DNA from: Escherichia phage JLBYU43
Sequence record: NC_105512.1
Direction: 5' to 3' (one strand)
DNA length: 64,000 bases
Under the pieces are notes generated by a model. The model was not told the origin of the DNA. It ran no database searches and worked only from the letters and a program-made list of their open reading frames with translations. The position numbers were made by a program, and so were the translations under genes. Within the stretch, counting starts at the first letter, position 1. Each line of letters starts with the position of its first letter. Positions 57,754 through 64,000 of this stretch are shown here, one piece after another.

Positions 57754-57782
57754 TTTTGTTGCACGATGCTCAAAATCTTGGT
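57754..57782 (+). promoter_or_regulatory. candidate sigma70 promoter (TTGCAC-17-TATAAT)
   Basis: consensus -10, 17-bp spacer, upstream A-tract; ~590 nt before the next start codon. Confidence 0.45.
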
Positions 57783-58380
57783 ATAATATTTATATTGAAT
57801 TGAGAGACATTAGTAAAAATTGATTTTGCTAATTTTTCTTAGTGAAGCTGACAATGGATTTACGGCGAGAGTGGTCGATGACCCGTAAATAGCTGCATAA
57901 GGTACGTTGCTAGAGCTTTATGAAAAAGTTTTTCTTGTTTACAATCCGCGATACGGAACAGTTAGGCTGCCCCATTAAGGGTTGTTTTAACTATTACTAG
58001 TGTTTATATTGCATTAGTTAATCTTCAATTAAGTGATCTGTGTACCCTGAATTCGGAAAGGTAAATCCAAACCGTGCATATTTAGCTCGTTATATAGGCA
58101 GAGCTTTATATGGGGGTGCGAACGAAAAGAGCAGCGAATGGCGGCACGTACAGTAGTCACCTACCAATAGGATAGCGAGGACAAATAGAATCGGCTTAGC
58201 GGCCAATGACCTAGGTTCTATTCTGTATATGAGCGAAGAGAGCACAGCACTGAGATATGATAACTTATTCATATTGTTTGATGATAATTGATGTTTACGT
58301 AAATAGTAGTAATAGTTGTTCTATTCTTTCTGAATAGTCCTAAAGAAAAGATTTCGATTAATCAACACAGGAGTATTGTT

Positions 58381-61170
58381 GTGTTTTCTATCCTCCAAGG
58401 TCACGCCGGGTTTTCTCGTGATTTAGCAACAGGTATTTGGCGAGAAATCAAAGCGGAAGATTATACCTTTGCCAAACGATTCTCGAAAGAGCATCCAGAA
58501 GGTAAACCAGCTTCTATGCCCTTCAAATTTGATGTAATAGAAGAGCACGACCCACAAAGCCTTGCTGAAATGTTACCACTTATGAGACGTTTAACGTCTG
58601 ACCCTCATATCGTTGTGGTACGAGGTCGATGTCTTGCACCTAAAAATAATGTGCGACGTAAGAAAGGTAACTTTAATGTATCCAACCCTAGCAATATTAT
58701 TGCTATGGACGTGGATGGTATCCTGGATACCGGTGGGTACGACAAGTTTAATCTTGTAGGTATGGCCCGTCACATTATTAAGATGTTGAATAGTATTAGT
58801 GAGGACATGTTTCCTCTTGATGCAGGGTTTATTGCTCATGCATCGTCTTCGGCTGGCCTAAAACCAGGTATCCGAATGCACTTAATGCTAGAATCTAACG
58901 TCAAGGTAACTCAAGGTCAGTTAAAGTTCTTATTTACGTCTATCAATGATAGTAGTAAGCAAAAATTCGGTTTTGATATTGCCGACTTAGCTTATTATTC
59001 ATCTGTCCAGCTTCACTATTTTGCCGACCCTTTATTTAGCGATGGTATTGTTGATCCGTTTAAAGCGGAGAGTAAGCCACGTCTGGTGTATGTTAAAGGT
59101 TCGAAAGTAAATTTGCCTAATAATCTGGTTGACTATGAAACAACTAGAGGGGAGTTTAAGGAAGAGTTTTATTCTTTACTTGATCAAATTAAAGGCAAAA
59201 AGATTGCTTCTGATAAAGTAGAAGAAACCATCAGCGAATTGGAAGAAGCTGAGGATGGGGTGTACTTGCGTATTATCCCCAAACTATACCATAGAGCATT
59301 AGAGGATGGTGTTGATTTCGCATGGCTAGAACGTGAGATTAAACCCGCTTTATCTGAATATATTGCAACTAAAGATAACAGTCGTAATATTCAAGATTAC
59401 TTTAATAACGGTCGTAAGCAGGCTCTCAAAGCGTTTGTTAATAATTCTAAACGCGAGATTCCATTAAATCTGAAAGGTGTTCCTCTTAAGAAATTAGAAG
59501 TGGATTCTCCACCAGAAGTTCCATACCTGAAGATTAACATTGTGCCCCCAAAAGGGCATATAACATTTGTTAAGGCAAGTCTTGGTACTGGCAAAACTAC
59601 GGCAGTAACTAAATGGCTGGACGCAGGTGTTCTTCCTGGCAACTTTTTAGCAGTTACAAATACTAGAGCGCTGGTATCTTCAAACGCTAAGAAATTTAGC
59701 GCAGGACAATATGATAAGTCTGTAGATATGCTCAACTTTAAACGTGGAGCTATTGATCGTATGTCCACAACTATTCACTCTTTGCATAAGTTCAAGAGTT
59801 TTATTGGTCAAATTGATGCAATCTTTATCGATGAATGTGATGCTGTAATGAATGACCTATTATTCGCCCCGGTTGTTAAACAGCGTCGTGAATGTATTCA
59901 AGTTCTACGTGACATCCTCATGACAGCTAAAACTGTAATTCTATCAGATGGTGATATTAGTGCCGAAACTATTGAAGCATATGGTTCTCTAATTGATTTT
60001 GATAAACCAGTAGCATTTTATAATCATCACCGTAAAATGCTGTCAAAAGCTCATGCTTATGAGTTCCCTGACGAATCCAGTATTTGGGTTGCACTTCAAA
60101 CATCTCTAGAGATGGGTGAGAAGTCAATCCTAGTATCTGACTGTGGACCTGATGAATTAAATGAAAAGGGAATGGCATTACGTCGTAATACCGGTGCGTT
60201 AGTTAAAGAAATTCACTCAAACTCTACGTCTGATGTAGATATCCGACGTATTCTGGATTATACAACTAATGAGCTAATTGATCAACAGATTGATTGTTTG
60301 TTATGTAGTCCATCTGTAACGAGTGGTGTTGACTTTAACTATTTTGATAACGTATTCGTAATCACTAGAACCTCAAACCAAGCGCCAAACATGCGTTTCC
60401 AAGCAATCAGGCGCGACCGTGGTGCTCAGAACATTTATTATTTTATTGATAAATCTACGAGTGGATTTTCTGCAGGTTCCGAGCAATATAATATTGACGA
60501 GGGTTGGATTGAGTTAGCCCAACAACTGTACGCACGTCGTCGTGAGCTGGAATCTAGAAACTATACCAGTACTTTGCGTTATTATCTTCTCGATCAAGGT
60601 GCAACTATTGATATCTTCAGTGAAAGCTGGGGGACTATCGAAGGTGCAGGCAAAGAGTATACAGAAGAGCGAATCAAAGCCATTTTGTATTCAACTCCTG
60701 ATTATTGTGCTCCACGCCATGCAGATGCGTATGAAGCTAAACTACTTCTTGTTCGCTATTATCATCTTGAGTCTATTAAAGATGTAACAGTTGAGCATGT
60801 TGAGCAATATATCAAGGATAAACCTAATGATCGAGCTGCATTCTTCCATAAAATGCACGAGATGTTCTGGGAAGATATTAAGAAGTGTTCAAATGTCACT
60901 ATCAAACCATTCATAGAAGCTCTGAAAGGTAAGAAGAAAGATTTCTTCCTTAAAACAGGTCAGAGTGCTAACCCAAAATACGCCAGAATGTATCTTGGTA
61001 TGATGGGTATTGGTAAGGATATGAACACGGAGAATATTGTAGACTGGTACAGAACCTATTGTAAAATCGAATGTATGCCAATCCCGTATAAGTTTATGAC
61101 TGATGAGGAGAAACATATGCATGATGAAGCAATGGCAGAGCTAGGCGCTAGAAATGACAGTGAAGAATAA
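58381..61170 (+). CDS. large Walker-ATPase/helicase-like protein (putative replication initiator or origin-binding protein)
   Basis: 929 aa; GTG start after an AGGAG RBS; Walker A SLGTGKTT and Walker B-like IFIDECD. Confidence 0.6.
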   Translation: MFSILQGHAGFSRDLATGIWREIKAEDYTFAKRFSKEHPEGKPASMPFKFDVIEEHDPQSLAEMLPLMRRLTSDPHIVVVRGRCLAPKNNVRRKKGNFNVSNPSNIIAMDVDGILDTGGYDKFNLVGMARHIIKMLNSISEDMFPLDAGFIAHASSSAGLKPGIRMHLMLESNVKVTQGQLKFLFTSINDSSKQKFGFDIADLAYYSSVQLHYFADPLFSDGIVDPFKAESKPRLVYVKGSKVNLPNNLVDYETTRGEFKEEFYSLLDQIKGKKIASDKVEETISELEEAEDGVYLRIIPKLYHRALEDGVDFAWLEREIKPALSEYIATKDNSRNIQDYFNNGRKQALKAFVNNSKREIPLNLKGVPLKKLEVDSPPEVPYLKINIVPPKGHITFVKASLGTGKTTAVTKWLDAGVLPGNFLAVTNTRALVSSNAKKFSAGQYDKSVDMLNFKRGAIDRMSTTIHSLHKFKSFIGQIDAIFIDECDAVMNDLLFAPVVKQRRECIQVLRDILMTAKTVILSDGDISAETIEAYGSLIDFDKPVAFYNHHRKMLSKAHAYEFPDESSIWVALQTSLEMGEKSILVSDCGPDELNEKGMALRRNTGALVKEIHSNSTSDVDIRRILDYTTNELIDQQIDCLLCSPSVTSGVDFNYFDNVFVITRTSNQAPNMRFQAIRRDRGAQNIYYFIDKSTSGFSAGSEQYNIDEGWIELAQQLYARRRELESRNYTSTLRYYLLDQGATIDIFSESWGTIEGAGKEYTEERIKAILYSTPDYCAPRHADAYEAKLLLVRYYHLESIKDVTVEHVEQYIKDKPNDRAAFFHKMHEMFWEDIKKCSNVTIKPFIEALKGKKKDFFLKTGQSANPKYARMYLGMMGIGKDMNTENIVDWYRTYCKIECMPIPYKFMTDEEKHMHDEAMAELGARNDSEE

Positions 61171-61387
61171 AAAATGGGAAACAAGGAAGTTTCCAGTAAA
61201 AGAGCGTAAAGTTCCTGTTTACGACACTTCGGAAAAGCTATGTAGGGTGGTACCACACAGATTAGCTGGCATCCCTAACATATCCGAGTGGTTACTTAAA
61301 CAACGGAAAACTAACGTGTCTCTTCGCATCGGCTTTGAGTTAGATAAAGTCTATGCTGAACTTGCTTCTTTGCTCAAGGAACAATAA
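61154..61387 (+). CDS. hypothetical protein
   Basis: 77-aa ORF overlapping the end of the ATPase gene. Confidence 0.4.
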   Translation: MTVKNKKWETRKFPVKERKVPVYDTSEKLCRVVPHRLAGIPNISEWLLKQRKTNVSLRIGFELDKVYAELASLLKEQ

Positions 61388-61959
61388 TGTTTATAAGAAT
61401 TCCCGAATTTCCTGACTATGCAGTGAATGAAAATGGAGATGTATACTCTTTTCTCTCCAACAAATTTCTTGCTCCAGGTCAAAATACTGCGGGGTACTTA
61501 CAAGTTAACTTAATGAAAGATGGCTCCCCTATAAATGTGAGAGTGCATAGGCTAGTGGCTTATTGTTTTGGTCTACTTCCTGAGTTAGAATCAGAGTTGG
61601 TAGTAGACCATATAAATGATAATAAGTTAGATCCTAGATTAGTTAACCTACAGGTATTAACCCACAAAGCTAATGCAATAAAATTCCATAATAAAAACTG
61701 GAGAGAACATCCAGATTTCTTAGCAGAGATTAAGAAATTAGAAAGTATGGGTATAACTAAAGCAGCTGCATCTTATAGGTGTAGGGCTATGTTTAAATAT
61801 AATGTGGTTATTCCTTCCGGTGATACTCTAACCTTAGAGTTAATAGAATCTACATATCAGAAAACCAATTCTTGGAGAAAAACCGCGAGAGTACTTGGAT
61901 TTAAAAGCGCTCCTGCCATTCTTTATAGATATAACAAGCTGAAAGCAGCTTCTTTATAA
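61387..61959 (+). CDS. HNH homing endonuclease
   Basis: NUMOD4-like N-terminus and HNH motif VVDHINDNKLDPRLVN. Confidence 0.7.
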   Translation: MFIRIPEFPDYAVNENGDVYSFLSNKFLAPGQNTAGYLQVNLMKDGSPINVRVHRLVAYCFGLLPELESELVVDHINDNKLDPRLVNLQVLTHKANAIKFHNKNWREHPDFLAEIKKLESMGITKAAASYRCRAMFKYNVVIPSGDTLTLELIESTYQKTNSWRKTARVLGFKSAPAILYRYNKLKAASL

Positions 61960-61965
61960 ATTTAT

Positions 61966-61994
61966 TTGCTTTCAGGAAAAAATTTCTGTATAAT
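61966..61994 (+). promoter_or_regulatory. P_N25-like sigma70 promoter (TTGCTT-17-TATAAT)
   Basis: TTTATTTGCTTTCAGGAAAAAATTTCTGTATAATAGATTCATAAATTTGAGAGAGGAG closely matches my recollection of T5 P_N25. Confidence 0.75.
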
Positions 61995-62025
61995 AGATTC
62001 ATAAATTTGAGAGAGGAGTTTAAAT

Positions 62026-62730
62026 ATGGCTGGTTCTCGTAGAAAGAAACACATTCATGAAATCCCGGATGAAGTCTTTAAAAAGGTTATAGAGCATCTG
62101 GAGAACGGCGGTACTAAGAAAGCAGCATGTGAAATGCTCGGCGTATCATCCAATCCAACTATGGAAAGGATGATTGAGGAATGGCAAGACCGCCAAATTC
62201 AAGTTGCCGAGATGAAGAAAAAGAAACGTGGCACACTCATTGAAGGCATTGAGTTAGCTAACGTTATTGAGCAGTATTTATCTGGTGATTCTTTTGAAGA
62301 AATTGCCGATCGTAATTATCGTTCTGTAGCAATGGTTAAATCTGTTTTGGAACGCTATGGTGCTCTGCTTCGTTTGAACGATATTGTAGATCCATTGAAT
62401 CCTCCAATTATTCCTGATGATGCTGTAGCAGAAGAATTTGAGGTTGGAGAACTAGTTTGGGTTCCTGGATACCAGTGTATTGGTGAAATCAAAAAAGCAA
62501 TGGATAATCCTGTTGGTTGTTACCGTGTATGGCTTCTATCAGAAGGCAAACAACAGAACGTCCATTATATGAATTACGAGCTGGCTTCTGTTAAACATCT
62601 GGAAAAGCTAGGGGTTGATGTAAAATCTCTAGGGTATAAATGGACTCGTGAAGAAATTATTACGTTGATTAATGAAGCTGTTAAGGCTGCCCTGAAACTT
62701 GATAAAGAAAAAGGAAAACGCCGTGAGTAA
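62026..62730 (+). CDS. HTH DNA-binding protein
   Basis: 234 aa with an N-terminal helix-turn-helix (GGTKKAACEMLGVS); first gene behind the P_N25-like promoter. Confidence 0.55.
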   Translation: MAGSRRKKHIHEIPDEVFKKVIEHLENGGTKKAACEMLGVSSNPTMERMIEEWQDRQIQVAEMKKKKRGTLIEGIELANVIEQYLSGDSFEEIADRNYRSVAMVKSVLERYGALLRLNDIVDPLNPPIIPDDAVAEEFEVGELVWVPGYQCIGEIKKAMDNPVGCYRVWLLSEGKQQNVHYMNYELASVKHLEKLGVDVKSLGYKWTREEIITLINEAVKAALKLDKEKGKRRE

Positions 62731-62959
62731 GCTAACTGATTTGCTTAAAGATGGGGATGTAAAATATCTTCAACGGGATAGCTGGGAGAATAATAAAGAG
62801 TATACTGTACTGTTAAAATTTGACGTAGACAGCAATACTGTACGTCAATACGTGTGGATGCCTCCAGATACTACGCTGCTGCCTAGTGATGAAGAGGTTG
62901 AATTAACCCTAGACGAAGCTCTAGCGGATGATTGGGAGATTGTTGAGCTAGATGTGTAG
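62726..62959 (+). CDS. hypothetical acidic protein
   Basis: GTG start after an AAGGAAAA RBS; start uncertain. Confidence 0.4.
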   Translation, partial: SKLTDLLKDGDVKYLQRDSWENNKEYTVLLKFDVDSNTVRQYVWMPPDTTLLPSDEEVELTLDEALADDWEIVELDV

Positions 62960-62977
62960 CAATTACCGAAAAATTTC

Positions 62978-63008
62978 AGTTGCTTAATCCTATAATTCTT
63001 GATATAAT
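62978..63008 (+). promoter_or_regulatory. sigma70 early promoter (TTGCTT-17-TATAAT)
   Basis: consensus elements upstream of the AAGGAAA RBS of gene 63066. Confidence 0.55.
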
Positions 63009-63065
63009 ATTCTCATAGTTTGAAAGAACTATTCTGTTTAATTCTTAATTAAGGAAATATAAAAT

Positions 63066-63476
63066 ATGACTACTCCAACTCAGTGGACTGATGAACTGTT
63101 CGAAAAAATGTCTTCCGAATACGTTGCTCGTATGGAGCAATTCCCAGAGGATGAACGTCCGGGTGTTAGCATGGAAATTGTTAGCGAAATTGCCCAGGAA
63201 AATGGTGTAACTCCGAACGGTTTTCGTATGAAGCTGACTAAAGCAGGTTTGTATATCAAGAAAGCTGCTGGCTCTGCTTCTAAATCTAGTGCATCTACTG
63301 GAGAAAAAGCTTCTGGTGGTTCTCGCACTTCTAAAGCTCAAGCCCATGCCGACCTTCGTTCAGCATTCTCTGATGCTGGCCTAGCACCAGATTTTCTGGA
63401 TGATGCAATTATTGACAAACTGACCGGTAAAGCGGCTGCTCATCTGGCAGAAGCAATCCGAGCTATCACTAAGTAA
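63066..63476 (+). CDS. hypothetical protein
   Basis: 136-aa ORF. Confidence 0.5.
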   Translation: MTTPTQWTDELFEKMSSEYVARMEQFPEDERPGVSMEIVSEIAQENGVTPNGFRMKLTKAGLYIKKAAGSASKSSASTGEKASGGSRTSKAQAHADLRSAFSDAGLAPDFLDDAIIDKLTGKAAAHLAEAIRAITK

Positions 63477-63512
63477 TTTTTAGATAAATCCACCAACAAA
63501 AGGAACACAGTT

Positions 63513-63809
63513 ATGACCAAAGCTGAAATTATCGCACAATGTGAAAAATTTGGTGAGTTTTATCTTCATTACGAGAAACTTCGTCAGAAAGGAACCACGT
63601 ACCTTCAGGGTACGATGGAATTTGATCCAGCCCAAGATAAATATCTGGCTGAGCGTATTAAACGTGAACGTATTCGTAAAGCGAAAGATGATGAGATCCT
63701 TGTCTTCTCTCGTACTAATGATAGCTTCCGTTTTATTCCTGTCGAGAAAGTCCGTCGTGTGACTAGCCTCCAATCAGAGTTAGATCGTGCTTCTCCAGTA
63801 GGCCGATAA
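63513..63809 (+). CDS. hypothetical protein
   Basis: 98 aa, AAGGAACACAG RBS. Confidence 0.5.
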   Translation: MTKAEIIAQCEKFGEFYLHYEKLRQKGTTYLQGTMEFDPAQDKYLAERIKRERIRKAKDDEILVFSRTNDSFRFIPVEKVRRVTSLQSELDRASPVGR

Positions 63810-63819
63810 GAAACCAATT

Positions 63820-63842
63820 AGCCCCTATATGGGGCTTTTTGT
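63820..63842 (+). terminator. rho-independent terminator
   Basis: AGCCCC-TATAT-GGGGCT hairpin followed by TTTTTG. Confidence 0.65.
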
Positions 63843-63859
63843 GTATTTGGGATATGTAA

Positions 63860-64000
63860 ATGAGCGAACAGGTAAATCAAAACTATGAAGGACACGTTGA
63901 TGACCAGTCCATCATACTTTGGGAGAAGGAGGGAGAACAAGTAAGATTAACAGTATCTGAATTTCGTGGGAATCTATACATGGGTATTCGTTACTGGCTT
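63860..64000 (+). CDS. hypothetical protein (partial, runs off window)
   Basis: ATG at 63860 with open frame to the window end. Confidence 0.35.
   Translation, partial: MSEQVNQNYEGHVDDQSIILWEKEGEQVRLTVSEFRGNLYMGIRYWL

Overview
This window reads as the left ~64 kb of a T5-like siphophage genome (Tequintavirus-type organisation), judged from gene content and from promoter sequences that match my recollection of the T5 P_N25 promoter; no database search was possible. Layout: (1) 1-~10.1 kb is a pre-early (first-step-transfer) region with dmp, A1 and A2 on the minus strand and a run of small plus-strand genes, ending in a dense repeat locus at 8.3-9.7 kb with two DnaA boxes, a 9-copy iteron array and palindromes. 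(2) 10.1-51.4 kb is a minus-strand early region of many small genes, each behind a near-consensus sigma70 promoter plus conserved leader; it contains two metallophosphoesterases, a thioredoxin-like protein, holin and endolysin, dNMP kinase, HNH and T5orf172 homing-endonuclease-like genes, a GrcA-like glycyl-radical protein, a tRNA island at 27.6-38.0 kb (about 26 tRNAs that all encode CCA, plus tRNA-like fragments and promoter-driven non-coding spacers), an SPFH protein, RNase H, and thyA-frd-nrdB-nrdA-phoH. (3) 51.6-64 kb is a plus-strand block with nrdD, a SIR2-like protein, a HAD-like reading frame split by an in-frame TGA, a 929-aa Walker-ATPase/helicase-like protein preceded by ~700 bp of non-coding DNA, and an HTH protein behind a P_N25-like promoter. 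No single obviously novel multi-gene system stands out; the most unusual signals are the repeat locus, a 25-bp inverted-repeat-flanked mini-segment, non-canonical tRNA-like elements, a 69-bp tandem duplication, and the GrcA and SIR2 genes. tRNA anticodons and end coordinates were folded by eye and may be off by a few nucleotides.
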